DNA from: the human T2T-CHM13v2.0 reference genome, Homo sapiens
NCBI RefSeq assembly: GCF_009914755.1
Contig: NC_060930.1
DNA length: 64,000 nt
Strand: one strand, 5' to 3'
How positions within the stretch are numbered: the stretch's first letter is position 1; the number at the start of each line of letters is the position of its first letter. A program made the position numbers and the translations under genes. The notes below the pieces were generated by a model. That model saw only the letters and a program-made list of their open reading frames with translations. It did not search any database and was not told the DNA's origin. Shown here piece after piece: positions 1-13,390 of the stretch.

Positions 1-6
1 TGTCTG

Positions 7-312
7 TTTGTTTTTGTTTTTGTTTTTTTGAGAAAGAGTCTCGCTTTGTCACCCAGGCCGGAGCACAATGGCATGATCTCGGCTCATTGCAACCTCCGCC
101 TCCTGGGTTCAAGTGATTCTCCTGCCTCAGCCTCCTGAGTAGCTGGGACTACAGGCACCCACCACCACGCCTGGCTAATTTTTTTTTTCCCCCAGTAGAG
201 ACGGGGTTTCACCATGTTGGTCAGGCTGGTCTCAAACTCCTGACCTCGTGATCCACCCGCCTCGGCCTCCCAAAGTGCTGGGATTACAGGCATGAGCCAC
301 CGTGCCTGGCCC
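7..312 (-). mobile_element. Alu SINE (AluS, Sg-like)
   Basis: Full reverse-complement Alu dimer; T-rich tail at the left end and ...tgcctggcc at the right end. Confidence 0.95.
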
Positions 313-964
313 GCCAGTTTTATAAAATGTGTTTAAATGTTTGCACTCAAGTGATTTTTTAAACATAAGCAAACACACATGCATCTGGAAAGGGCTTCAC
401 AAATCTCATACTTACACCATTGAAAAAGAGACTTATTTAAAACCCTTTTAACATTTTCTTCCTTCATCTATATCACTTGATATTATTTAAAAGAGCTCAA
501 TACCTATACTCATGTATTATTTTATGAGAATTTACTATTTTGCTCACTCATGGTATCTGATATCAATCTCTATAACCATTCTTAACACACCTAGAAGGAC
601 ACTTTTTTCCAGGGCTCTACCTCATTCTTCAATGTTGCTTTTTTCTCCAAAACGGAAACCTGGATAAAAAAATGAAGGGGAAAATACAACAGTAGAAAAT
701 CCTAGAAGAAATTCTAATAAAATAATCTCATCTCTGCTCTCTAGGTAAAAACAATGATTTTTTTTTCCCAAGGTGCAATTTTTTAAATTGACTATTAACC
801 AAGGGTAGGAATAAATATATAATATTTGCATGTGAATTAGGTGCTATGTTAACTCAGTAACTGAAAAGTCTAACACATTCACACTTACGCTGTTTTTGCC
901 CATATGCTTACTTTGTGAGATAAAACTATAGTAGTACAAAAATCAGACAAAGAACTCTATAAGC

Positions 965-1305
965 TGGCTGGGTGCGGTGGCTCATGCCTGTAATTCCAGC
1001 ACTTTGGGAGGGCGAGGCAGAAGAATTATTTGAGGCCAGGAGTTTGAGACCAGCCTGGCCAACGTGGTGAAGCCCCGTCTTTACTAAAAATGCAAAAAAA
1101 AAAAAAAAAATTGCCAGGCATAATGGCACACGCCTGTTATTTCAGCTATTAGGGAGGCTGAGACACCAGAATCACTTGAACCCAGGTTGGGGGCGGGGGC
1201 GGAGGTTGCAGCAAGCTGAGATCACGCCATTTCACTCCAGCCTGGGTGACAAAGCAAGACGCATCTCAACAAAAAAAAAAAAAGAAGGAAAAGAAAAGAA
1301 AAAGA
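965..1305 (+). mobile_element. Alu SINE (old AluS/J) with A/GA-rich tail
   Basis: Starts ggctgggtgcggtggctcatgcctgtaat; A-rich linker; poly-A/GAAAA tail. Confidence 0.95.
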
Positions 1306-1664
1306 ACCATATAAGCAGAGAAATGATATTAATACTTTGACAGTGGAGAAAAGTATGCCACCTGCTTAAACCATATTTGTGTCTAAGGATGTGCACACAG
1401 TTATGACAATGAGCAAGATCACTATTAAGAAATTCACTGTGAAGCATTATTGTACTCAATTTATTTGAAAATTAAAAACAAATTATCTTCTTCTCTGTAA
1501 TAGCAATTTAATTTATCCAAGCTGTTAATGAACCAATTAAACAAAACCACTTGTTCTAATGCATGGAAGAAATTCTACTCTTAGAAATATATACCAAAAT
1601 AATTTTCACATATAAGTATAATTGCTTTATCGTACACTATAACCTCCCCTGCCCCAAACCACGG

Positions 1665-3010
1665 ATACTCAAAGTGAGTGTTTCTCAGGGCCCTCCTGGG
1701 GTCTTTGAGGTCAAAACCATTTCCACGTCATATTAAGGCACTACTTACCTTTTCCACTGATGGTGCAATGAAACTCTTGGTTGGTAAAACTGTTGATTCC
1801 TTTAGCAAGAACTAAGGCAGGGGCAACAAATTTTACTGGCAGTCATTTTACTTTTCACTGACATGCAATCATAGTAAATAGAACGCAGTTTCACTTGACA
1901 ATATCTTTGATAAACATGTAAAATTAATTGTTAAAATCACAATCGTTATGTCATTTTAATATTCTGTATGATGAAGGAAAGTATACATAAAGCATTTCTG
2001 TTGCATATCAAAATAAGATGGGTTGTTTATCTCAAGGAAAGCACTTATGAGACTGAGATATGAGCTGAACTAGCCACTCTTTTCATGAAACGCCATTTTT
2101 ACTTGACTGATTCACTGAAGACAAACTCTTCCCAAGTGGTCATGACCAACGTTTAAAATGAGAAAAGGAGTAAGCCTGTCACCTCAAGAAAAATAAGTGA
2201 CAATGTCTGTTGCCAATGACAAAATTTGAGCTCTTAAGCCAAAAACGGTATACTAAAAAATTTAATCCACCATCCTGAGCTTGACAGCTTTCCAACTCTT
2301 AAAATACTTTGATATTAAAAATCTGATTGTTTGATACATAATGAAATATGCCAACGTGGGGAACATCTAAATAACTTAGCAACTTGATATTTTCCAATTG
2401 ACCAATACATGATGTTTCCAAATCATGCATAGGTAAAAGATCCACCCAAACTACAAAAAACACCAATCTATTTTAACAAAACAGAGTATAAATTGCTCAC
2501 TGATAAAGTTTTAGATTCTGATTCAAACTCTTAAGAAATTATAATCTGTAGACTTTTGGCATAGTATAAAAGAAGGATATACACAATTATTTGAAAAGTC
2601 TATAAAACACACCTCCTTTTTCCAACCACATATTTGTGTGGGGTGAGTTTTTTTAATACATTCAAACAAAACAAAATATGAGATTGAATGCAGAAGAGGT
2701 ACAAAAATTTAGTCTTCTAATAAGCTAGAAACTGAAGATTTGCAAAATATGTTAAAAAAAAAGCCTCGGTAAATTTTTTTTGTTTGTTGTTTATTTTGGA
2801 AATGTAGGGGTTTTATTTCCTGCAAAAATACGTTTTATGCTAACATGTAATGGGTTTTTAATTATTGGTTTTCTAATCTCTCAGTTTTAATTTCTTATAT
2901 GGTAAATATTGATAGACATAATCCACATAAACCTAAGTTATTTTAGACTGTCAGTAACAATTTTAGGAGCATAAATGGGTACTTGAACCAAAAAGTTTGG
3001 AAACCACCGA
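1665..3010 (+). mobile_element. Charlie1-type hAT DNA transposon fossil
   Basis: Decayed hAT transposase motif near 1985-2045 (HKAFLLHIKIRW, resembling LLLHTEVRW); Charlie1-like end aaaagtttggaaaccaccg. Confidence 0.75.
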
Positions 3011-4039
3011 ACTAAGTCTAGCTATCTACATTATAGCATGGTTTTCAATAGAATTTTTACCACAATCTTCTAATAAAATGAAAATATGCTTTTCATATAT
3101 ACACATAAAGAAAACCTACCAAATGCCAAGCACCATGTTTATTCTTCAGGATGCAAGATAAATATACTTTATTTTTGCCCTCAAGTTGCTTATAGTTTTG
3201 TAAAAAGATATGCTAGTCATTCTAGAACTATTTGAGGACCGGCCACATGGCAGCTTGAGCCCTCTCCTAAAGTCTCCAGCACTGTTCTGCCTGTTCAAAT
3301 GCTTCTTACAGTTCTAGTGCCACCTTTCATCTCTGCTTATCTTATTTCATGTGTTTTCATTTTGGTCCCCTTTCACTTTCTCTGTATTTCCCAACTTGCA
3401 TATAAAAGGTCACCCTCCCCCTTAACTAAGCATGGTCATCCGAGTCCTCTCTTCTTTTCACTTAAAATATACACAAGTGCATTTGGTACTTTTTCCCCAG
3501 TTAATAAGTTGCTGGTTGTTGACTGTGTCTTCCCTTCCAAATGGGCTTTTAGGGATGCATTACATTCTCTTTATAAGGTTTTAATTATCAAATATTTTGA
3601 TATGGTAAAATTATATACCTATACAACCTAAGCTTCAATCGCTGGGGAAAATAATCCAAGCTTACTTTTCTTAAATTCACATCCCACAAGCATAATGAGG
3701 CAAACCATGCAAGACACAGCAAGGTCTTTTACTGAGTGCTCATTTCCAAATAATGAGAAACACCTATTGAAAAATCACAGCAAAATTCTGAACTGATCAT
3801 GATTAGTCAATACCTTATTCTTTCACTGTCCAACACCAGGGAGGAACTGAAAAATGAAAACAAGCACACTATAGAGATATGACCATATTTTCATATTGAG
3901 GTAATTAATTGGGCCATATTCTATAAAACTTGTGTTGTTATTGCTATATAGGTCTCCTGTTTTGGATGGAAAACAACCTTAAATTGGCTTCCGGAGATGG
4001 CTACTCTCCAACCTCTCTTAATTCCTATTAACTCTTCCT

Positions 4040-4670
4040 CTGCCCAGTCAGCATAATGTGATTAAGAATAAAGATCTACATAGTCAGAGGAACTTTGGTT
4101 CCAACTTCACTGTGTCACATTGAGTACTAAATTTCCTTAAGCCTATTTCCTCAGAGTTAATAACAGCTGACCTGCAGATTTAGCGATTAAATGCTATCAT
4201 GAAGGTATGTAAATAACATTGTGACCATCACCTTATAACCACTTTGAAAATGCTAGCTATATTGGTCTAATCAAAATACCACTACTGTAGACAACTGTAT
4301 ATATTTCCATTTTCCCATGGCAGAATCTGAATATTACAAACAGTCATTCCATTTCTTTGTCTCAGAATGGAAATAGACAAATCTACAGGGGGAATGGGAT
4401 TAGACATGTGAAATATCCCACTCTGAGAAGAGCAGAGAATTGGGACTCACTGCATAGGCTCTGGATCTCCCAACGTCTGCACCCCTTAGCTCCAGCCCAA
4501 CCCTTTGCTGGACCCATAACTTTAGACAAGTAGATAAATTTTAGCTTCTGTTGCATTAGGAATTAGATTACCTACCTCATGAGGTGTTATGAGGGTAAAT
4601 AAGCTAACGATTGTAAAGGGCCAAGCTCAAAGCCTGGCACAAAATAAATCCTGAACAAATGTTAACATTA
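4040..4670 (+). mobile_element. Two degraded MIR fragments
   Basis: MIR core-like segments (cctatttcctc...; acctacctcatgaggtgttatgagggtaaataag...cctggcaca). Confidence 0.55.
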
Positions 4671-5264
4671 TTTTTTGGTTGCCTTTGGAGTGTTTCTTCT
4701 ACAATTCATTTACCTTAGTTTGTAAGATGAACAAATATAAGGAAGCACCTCCCAAAACTCCCCTATAGAAATGCTTCGAAAGAAATCCATATGCTCTGAT
4801 AAAGTTTGGCAAGAGGATAAATAATGTGGCAAAAACAAAATAGCCACCCTGTAAATGTGCTTTTATAATAAGTAATAAAACTTTGGAATTTGGGATGTAT
4901 CCAAGCTCTACATTGGTGCTACTCTACCCAAGCTGCATGTAAGAATCACATGGAGAAACTGAAAACTATGATGCATGCAGGGCACCAACTTAGTATGCTG
5001 AAAACTGATACATAAGGAAGAAAATTCTTCCACCTTGCCATTAAAAACTGTGGTTCCAGGTAACCAAATAGCCCTGGCAGGTAAAGCAAAGTTCTTCTAT
5101 AGAAGTTAATTCCAGACACTCTATGGATAAGAAAGAATAAGACACAATACACAATAACATATGGATATATAATAAGAAAATCCCCATTTTGCAGCCCTTA
5201 ATGGAATAAAGCAACAGCAACGGTCTTCAGCGAAGGGCAAAACCTTTAGTTTTAAGAGACCTCC

Positions 5265-5468
5265 GTCCCTTGCCCCTTCAGCCAAGTGAGGACATAGCCA
5301 GAAGACAGCTTCTATGAACCACAAAAAGGGCCCTCGCCAGACACCAAATCTACTGGCACCTTGACCTTGGATCTCCCAGCCTCCAGAACTGTGAGAAATA
5401 AATTTCTTTTGTTGATCAGCTACCCAGCCTCTGGTATTCTGTTATAGCAGCCTGAGCAGACCAAGACA
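5265..5468 (+). mobile_element. MLT1A-type MaLR LTR, 3' part
   Basis: cagcctccagaactgtgagaaataaatttc...ttatagcagcctgagcagaccaagaca is a typical MLT1 3' end. Confidence 0.85.
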
Positions 5469-5629
5469 GTTCAGATGCTGCTAAGCAAACTTTGATGATA
5501 ATTTAAAAAGAGTTATCTAAATAGCAAAGATTTGTGATGTAATAATGAAACATCTCAAATACACAGGCTTTAGGCCAGGCTAATGCTAACCAGCCATCTT
5601 TTTGCTTTATCAATACCTTATTTAAAAAT

Positions 5630-5800
5630 ATTTGTTATTTATTTGTATTGCAATATGATTTACATGCCATAAAATTCATCATTTTCAAGTGTACAACGCA
5701 GTGGATTTTAGTGGATTTACAACCATCATTATTGTCTAACTCCAAAACATTTTCATCACCCCAAAAAGAAACCCCATACCTGTCAGGAGTCACTAATTAT
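5630..5800 (-). mobile_element. L1MB 3' end fragment
   Basis: ttcaagtgtacaa...cattttcatcaccccaaaaagaaacccc. Confidence 0.75.
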
Positions 5801-8042
5801 CCTTTAAAGAGATATACCTAATAAAAAATGTTATATTTACTAATATAGGCATCTCAGCACTGTTCTTTTGTGTAGATCCATACTTCCACCTGGTATCATT
5901 TACCTTCTGTCTGAAGGAAATCCTTGAATATTTCTTGTAATGTGGGTCTGCTCATGATAAGTTTACTCAGCTATTTTGCTTTACTTTTTGAAAGCTATAT
6001 TAACTTGATATAGAATTATATAACCAGACATCTGGTCCTGAAGAAATTTTTTTAATGCTCTCCTTTTACTCCAAATTGACTAATCTGAAAAATAAGGATT
6101 CCTCTGGGGATTAAATGTAGGGCTGTATATAAAAGCCTTTTGCAAAGAGTCAATCTCTAAGTAGAAAATATTAAATATTTTAAAAGGCAATTAATAGCAT
6201 ATAAAACAAACTATTCTAAGTAACTCAGAAGCTTAGTTTTTCTAGCTCCTAAATGATGTTAATTATGTATCAGAAAAATAATAAAACTTATTGTATACAA
6301 AATTATTATGTGATTCAGACTTTCAGTTAATTCAAACAGGTGTTGCCCACAAGTCATCTAAATTAGCAAGTTTTTACTGCAATGCTATTAAGTTGCACAG
6401 AAAAAATAAATAAATAGATCCAAAATGGGTATATTTGCTGATTTGAAATCTCATTATAAATTCTTATCATTAAATACACTCATTTTCTTCTTAGTCTCAT
6501 GTCAATTCTCTGCTTTCCTGACCTTGAAAGCAGGTATATTGCAGGTAGAAAACTATCATTCCCACTTAGGGGCTACAGTGAGATATGCTCAAATTTGGAA
6601 AGACGCTCCCCTTTTAATACTGAAAACAGTTAAAATTAAAGCATAAGCAGCATATCCTACTTCAGAAATGATCTATCAATCTATATATGAGCTCAGAAGC
6701 AAGTGACCTGACTCCAGAATCAGATTCAAATCCCAACTCCTCCACTTATTTCAGAGTGCGATTTGAAGCAAGTTAGTGCCCATTTCTCTACCTCTCCTTC
6801 CCTCTTGTTTTAATAGGGATACCAAAGGTCATACATTTGTAATATTCACACTCTAATGTCTTATGTAATATTTAATGGGAGGGTGAAGATATACAGTCAT
6901 TTTAGAGGAGAGAAGAACACAATTTCTGGTGGTATTTGTCCAGCACAGTTAAGAGTTAGAAAATACTTTCCTCCTAGAGATGGCTATCAGGTACCTGGAT
7001 AGAAAAAATGTCCAGACACAATTTATACAGCAAACACAATACTTTTGAACACCTAATTTAGGAACACCTAATCCAGGGCTGGTTCATCTAAGAGCCATAT
7101 AATCTACAATGTGATCTCCCAGCGTGAAATCAGTCATCAAAAGAAGTTAATAGACAGAACCAGGGAATTATCACCAATTATTCATGATAAGTCAGTCTCT
7201 TTTCAGCTTGTTTTATCATGAATCGGGCTCCTCAAAACAGATAAATCAAAATGTTAACCCTGCAAAATTCAAGATCCAGCAGTGGAATGGGGTGACATCA
7301 TCGATACTCTGAAAATCTGCCCTGACAAACTCTTGTTATGAGATCATAACAAGATTTTTCAACAAACAGACTTAAATTACCCACTATGTGCCAGGTACTA
7401 TGAGTATAACAAAGACACAATTCCTGCCTTCACATTCCAGCCAGGGAGGCAGAAGCCCAAATGCACTTGAATATGAGGCCAGCCTTATGACAAGTTACAA
7501 ACCAAGGGTTACAGAACAAAAAAGTATCAGAAATATTTGTAGATTCAACAAAATTTGTAAGTAGGAATCAAATGTAATTGTTTACCCTGAGTAAAAAAAA
7601 TGAGTAAAACCATATCAGGAGTATCTAATAAAATACTAGATACTCTTTAATGCAGCACAAAAATGACATAAAAAAAGGAAGGCAAAGTACCAAAACACAC
7701 TGAAGTTATGCAGTCCCTCAAGTATGGAAGATAAGATAACTATAATTACCATATTCTAAACAAAAGACACAGAGATTACATAATTTAAGGTTGAAGTACC
7801 ATATACTTTATTTATATACATTACTAAACTAAAAGTATGATAGTTCTGAACTTGGACTATGGACAACTGCCTGGGTCTTTCCGGTTTTTAAGCAAACATT
7901 AGATGAGATTCAAAGTTTTACTTGCAACCATCACAGAGAAAGAAAATGTCCTTCATTGGCTTTTTACAGATAGAAAGAGAGAAGAGCATTCATTTATTCA
8001 CTTCATGTGTGGTTTTATAATTTCCTCTTTAAAGGTAAGTCT

Positions 8043-8420
8043 AAATTTGAAAAATACATTTCCCAAAATGTTTCTATTTCCCTTTCTTAAAGACTTATGT
8101 TTCAATAACAGCTCCCAACCCACCCCTGTAATCCAAATCCTATTTGGTCCTGCAGTGAAGTTAAATGTAGGATCCTGACATCAATTTGTTGCCATGGAAA
8201 TAATTGAGATGTCAATGTTTCCGCATTATGACTGTACCATAGGAGCAGATGGGCTGACAAGGGGGAAAATCTGCAAATATCTCTCTAATAATTAGCCAAA
8301 ATATGAGGTAATATTCAAAATTTACATTATTATAAAAATCTGAGTCATATCTATCTAAATAGCACAGAATACAACCAATTTCAACTTCCAAGTTTACTAT
8401 GGAAAATACTTTCAAAGTAT
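8043..8420. promoter_or_regulatory. Imperfect palindromic element centred on an RFX X-box (possibly a MER121-like ancient repeat)
   Basis: TGACATC-AATT-TGTTGCCATGGAAAT-AATT-GAGATGTCA at 8176-8214, with weaker outer inverted symmetry. Confidence 0.5.
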
Positions 8421-9694
8421 ACAAACAGGAAGGTTTACCATATTCTTTTATTCACTTGATTATGTTTTCTTGCTTGTTGCATCACTTTTTGTGCTGCATC
8501 TATAACCAAGTTCAGAATAAATCAGATTTGACAAAAGCAAACCTCATTCCACACAGAGAAGTAGGTAACAATATTGAGTAAGTTGAAGAGACAGACAGAC
8601 TTAGTCCATCAACTGCTTTCTCTGTCTTACTAAAAATATTCCCCTTGTGAAGAATACTGGACTTGGCTAAGTAATCATATAGCTAATCACTTGCAATAAA
8701 TTTTTGCCAGGTCCTATATTTGCCATTGTGCTTATGAATTTGTCCCAGAAAACTGACTACTTGAATACAAAGACCAAATTCTTTTCTGCATCCTCCACAA
8801 TACTTAGCCACATCTCCCAGACTAAGCTGAATTAATAGTCATTTATGCATTCACATACAGATAATTTTTTCCTAATAATGACAAGAGTTTGTTTACTTAG
8901 ATAAAAATAGGTCTAGAGATTATATATAGGTGCACATATGCACAGATATGTGCCTAAATCATGAAAATTGTCACTTGCCTGATCTTCATAAGGTACTGTC
9001 ATTTGGAACCTCTTATTCTACCACCTACAGTGTGCCCTTTTTATCCAAACACGAAAACATTGTTCTTCCCCATTGCGGGCTAATTACGCCATCTGTTTAA
9101 CCACAGTACTATTAATGTTAACTCCTTAACATTTCCACATGTACTGCCCTCAAACACCTTATACTGTCAAATATACAAATAGTAGAGAAGGCAAGAAAAT
9201 CAGTCTCCCAATTTGTATTCTCAACTGTCTCTACTGGGTCAACACTATGGTCTCCATAGGGACTTGAACATTCAGAAAATTTCTCTCCATCTCTTACTTT
9301 AGTGGCACAAACTGTCAAGATGAATAGCAATAAGAAAATTGATCTCCCCACCTCCATCCAAACTAAAAATCAGGAAATATGTAAATGTTTTGGGCAAAAA
9401 AAGGAAACAGGGCCAGTATACAGAGAGCAGATGAAGAGTCAATCATCTGACAGGGATTGCTTATTCTTAAGATTAAGCCAGCTGTTTTATTCACTTTATT
9501 ATAAAATAAGTTAATAAAAAGATGACACTCTCCTTACAGATATGAGTATGCAGTCATAAATACAGAATATATGGAAGATAACTCTACACTAAAAAATTTA
9601 AAATATACTCTAAGAAGAGTATAAACTACACATTTGTATAATATGACTTGAAATAAATGTCTACATTTAATTGCTTATAATAAGAAACCATGCC

Positions 9695-9915
9695 ATTTGA
9701 AGCAGATTTTAAGTGTCCTTTTTATGTGCGCATGTGCACACGCACACACTTGCACACACACACAAAATGGCAACTGTGTGGTGAACGGTGTATTAATTTG
9801 ATTGTAGAAATCACTACACAATGTATATATGAATTAAGTCATGATGTTGTACATCTTGACTATATGCAATTTGTATTGGTCAATTAAAATTCAATAAAAC
9901 TAGAGGAATAAAAAA
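9695..9915 (+). mobile_element. L1MA 3' end
   Basis: gattttaagtgtcc...ttaatttgattgt...ttcaataaaactagagg. Confidence 0.75.
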
Positions 9916-10914
9916 GAAACCATACCATTTGAGAGAATCACAGAGCATTTTTCAGTGTATTTGTTTGCTTACATATGTGAAAGAAATCCATTATGCTCTT
10001 CTCCTTACACTCATCTCTGTCACCAATGAAAAGGCACACACACAAACGACGGACATTTCTCATGGTCATTCAAATATTCCTTCTATTATTAAAGCTCACA
10101 GAATTTTGGAAATACATGCATTGACATTAAAATTATATATACACTTAAAAAGCCATCCTCATGGCTTGAAAATTGGAATGTTTAAATATGAGCAGTACAG
10201 GTTAAAAGTATCAGGAATCTATTGCAAAGGAAGAAAAAGATTAATGGTAAATGTGTTGGGAATCTTTGGCAGGCTCCTCATTTGGAAAATGAGTAGGATA
10301 AATTTCATTATCCCTATGTTCCTTCAAGTTTTAATATCCAATAAATCAAAAACATCTTCTTATAGTTATACGATCACACTAAATTAATTTACCGGGCTTC
10401 TATAATGGTCAGGGCATGGCATCAAAACTTGGCAAAGTTCATTATAGCCCATAGCTTTTATGCCCACTACTTACAATGGGACAAAAGAAAAAAGGAAGAC
10501 AGGCAAGAAACCCACAACCACCTGGAAACCTTGTTCCACCTCACCAAGTTTCACCTTGAAAGCCATTCTCCCACCACCTGGATCTCTGTGGATCACCTAT
10601 GAATTCTGAAGTGATGGCTTTGACAGCTTTATACCCAAAGCTGCTACTAAAACACAGACATCCACAGCAACTACAAATGGAGTCATTTGAACCAGTGAAA
10701 CAGCACAGGCCAGAAGTCTGGCCCTGTACTCTATAGACTGCAAGAAAATGCTCATAGTCTGTTGCTATCATTCTTTAAGTTCCTCCAAGTAAGAAACCTT
10801 CATGGGCTGCCATTTCTAATAAACAAGACAATCATGGTACTTATCTATCAGAATAATAACATTACACTGGAGATAACAGTTGTCCATAATTAATGGGAAA
10901 AGATTCAAAGAGGT

Positions 10915-11325
10915 TGTATTAGTCTGTTCTTGCATTGCTATAAAGAAATACCTGAAACTGGGTAATTTATAAAGAAAAGAGGTTTAATTGGCTCAGGATC
11001 CCACAAGTTGTACAGGCAGCATGGTAGTATCTGCTTCTGGAGAGGGCTCAGGGAGTTTTCAATCATGCAGAAGGCAAAGGGGGAGCACAGCATCTCACAT
11101 GGCAGGAGCAGGACCAAGAGAAAGAAGTGGGGAGGTACCACACAATTTTAACAATCAGATCTCATGAGAACTCTACCAGGAGAACAGCACTAGGGGGATG
11201 GTGCTAAACCATTCATGAGAAAACTCCCCCATGATCCAATCACTGCCCACCAGGCCCCACCTCCAGCACTGGGGATTACATTTGAACATGAGATTTGGGT
11301 GGGGACACCGATCAAAACCATGTCA
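10915..11325 (-). mobile_element. MSTA-type MaLR solo LTR
   Basis: tgtattagtctgttcttgcattgctataaagaaatacctg...gagatttgggtggggacac...aaaccatgtca. Confidence 0.9.
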
Positions 11326-11412
11326 ACAGTGGAGAGTAATAATACATTATTGATTATAGATTCATTGTATGTCCCAGCTGTGGTTTGAAAATCATCAAGA
11401 ATGCCCTTTTCC

Positions 11413-11707
11413 AGCTGGGCATGGGGACTCACACCTGTAATCCCAGCACTTTGGAAGGTCAAGGTGGGAGGATTGCTTGAGCTCAGGAAGTGGAGACCAG
11501 CCTAGCAACACAGTGAGATCTCGTCTCTACTAAAAATAAAAAATTAGCAGGGCATGGTGATGCATGCCTGAAGTCCCAGCTATTCAAGAGGCTGAGGTGG
11601 GAGGATCACTTGAGCCCAGGAGGTTGAGGCTGCAGTGAGCAGCTGTAATCATACCACTGTACTCCAGCCTAGGCAACAAAGTGAGACCTGTCTTTAAAAA
11701 AAAAAGA
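11413..11707 (+). mobile_element. AluJ with 16-bp TSD
   Basis: Alu dimer flanked by AAGAATGCCCTTTTCC at 11397 and 11708. Confidence 0.95.
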
Positions 11708-12378
11708 AAGAATGCCCTTTTCCTTCCAAAAGAAGTAATCATTAAAGATAAACAGAGTTGCCAATTTGGGGGTGTTCCTTCTCTATTAAGTCACTGACAC
11801 AAGTCAAGTGTCTAGAAAATTCTTTATTTTGGAGAATCAAAGCACACCTAATTTAATGGAGACACAACTGCTGTCCCAGTGTAGCTGATGGAGCAGATGA
11901 AAGCAAAATGCTTCTCTCCATTTTAAGACATTAAACTTCTGTAAGAAACTTTCATTTCTCCACTATTTGCTTAGTTAAGGTCAAGCTGATCAAAGTTGAT
12001 ATTAGTTTTACATTGGTTTATTTATATATTTATTTTGAAGGTTAAAATTAGCCATGTCAAAATGAAGGACAGATATAAAATAATGAACACTTAGAGGTGT
12101 AAATATAAAAATAATATTAACCTAAGATATTCCAGTTTACAGTCATCTTTAAGGAAGAATAGTAAAAGAAAAAAATGAAGCTGGAAAGAAATTATTTTTT
12201 AAAATACTCCTTTACATTCATCTTTTTTCATTTCTTATAATGGACCAATTTAATCGAAGTGTTTCTCTTCAGCACATCAACCTCTGTATTGTCAAGATTT
12301 GTTAGGAAAAAACATATTTATACATTTGTAGTATAGATATGTATAACCACCTTGTGAAAAATGTTTTATCTTTTGTTA

Positions 12379-12382
<4 letters not shown>

Positions 12383-12409
<27 letters not shown>
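12383..12409. repeat. (TG)n microsatellite
   Basis: Read directly from the sequence. Confidence 0.95.
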
Positions 12410-12739
12410 AAATCCAGATGTCCTAATGAAAAGCCAGAATTCATCAGATGTTGGAACATCACTGTGGTATAAAGGAATAAACTGAAGCTATAAAATGCAT
12501 TAAAAGGACACTTAAATACATTTGCCTAACAAGTCCCCTTGGGGGAAAAACTGCATTAAAATAAATTTTGCACACACACCAATTTTAAAAAGGAATTAAC
12601 TGCTTACAAAAGTTCCAGCACACATTGACCTGTTTTTTTTTCATTTTTTAAGATGAAAGCACCTGGCCACAATTGACGTTAACAAAAACACACACTTAAA
12701 TTCTAGCAAAGTTGATTTTAATAAAGGATAAGGTAAATT

Positions 12740-13060
12740 TGTTTTAACTGCTGTTAAGATATAATTCACATACCACAAAATTCACCCTTTTAAAACGTAC
12801 AATTCAGAGGCTTTTAACGTAGTCAGAGTTGTGCAACAATCACCACTCTCTGATTTTACCTTTCTCTCTCCTAAAAGAAACCTAGTGCCTACTAGCAGTC
12901 ATTCCTCACTTCCTCCTCCCTGCTCTCCTAGGCAACCACTTCCCATCTCTGCAGATTTACCTGTTCTACACATTTCATACATAACTGGAATTATATAGAA
13001 CAAGGTCTATTTTGACTTGTTTATTTTAGCATAATGTTTGTGATTGCATTTATCAGTGCA
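12740..13060 (-). mobile_element. L1MB 3' end fragment
   Basis: gatataattcacataccacaaaattcacccttt...gttgtgcaacaatcaccact. Confidence 0.75.
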
Positions 13061-13140
13061 TCATTGATGAATAATATTACATCTAACATTTTCATATTAC
13101 ATCTAACATTTTTAAAGACAAGTTTCAGAAGATTTGTTGG

Positions 13141-13280
13141 TATTTTTTTCTTTTGTTTTTTAAGAGACAGGGTCTTGCGATGTTGCCCAGGCTATACTCC
13201 AACTCCTGCGCTCAAGCAATGCTCCTGCCTCAGCCTCCCAAGTAGCCAAGGCTATAGGTGTGGGCCACTGTGCTTGGCTA
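13141..13280 (-). mobile_element. FLAM/AluJ monomer
   Basis: agagacagggtcttgcgatgttgcccaggct...ccactgtgcttggc, flanked by agatttgt repeats. Confidence 0.85.
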
Positions 13281-13390
13281 GATTTGTCAGTCTTCTAATT
13301 TCAGGCCCCCATGAAAATATTTTTTGAGCAGAAGAGATTAGGCAAAAAGGTGTCTTAAGAGAGTTAGTAGAAAAAAATCAATAAAAGACT

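Noticed and set aside
84-293. ORFs with [13 protein letters not shown] / LECSG / PASASQVAG motifs (also at 926, 13737, 13831, 14883, 18070, 44543, 51978, 56358, 59789, 59878)
   Set aside because: These are translations of Alu sequence, not genes
1665-3010. Domesticated or active hAT transposase
   Set aside because: Multiple stops and frameshifts; a fossil only
9929-10387. Longest ORF in the track (152 aa)
   Set aside because: Starts at TTG, has AT-rich random composition, and shows no recognisable domain or splice context
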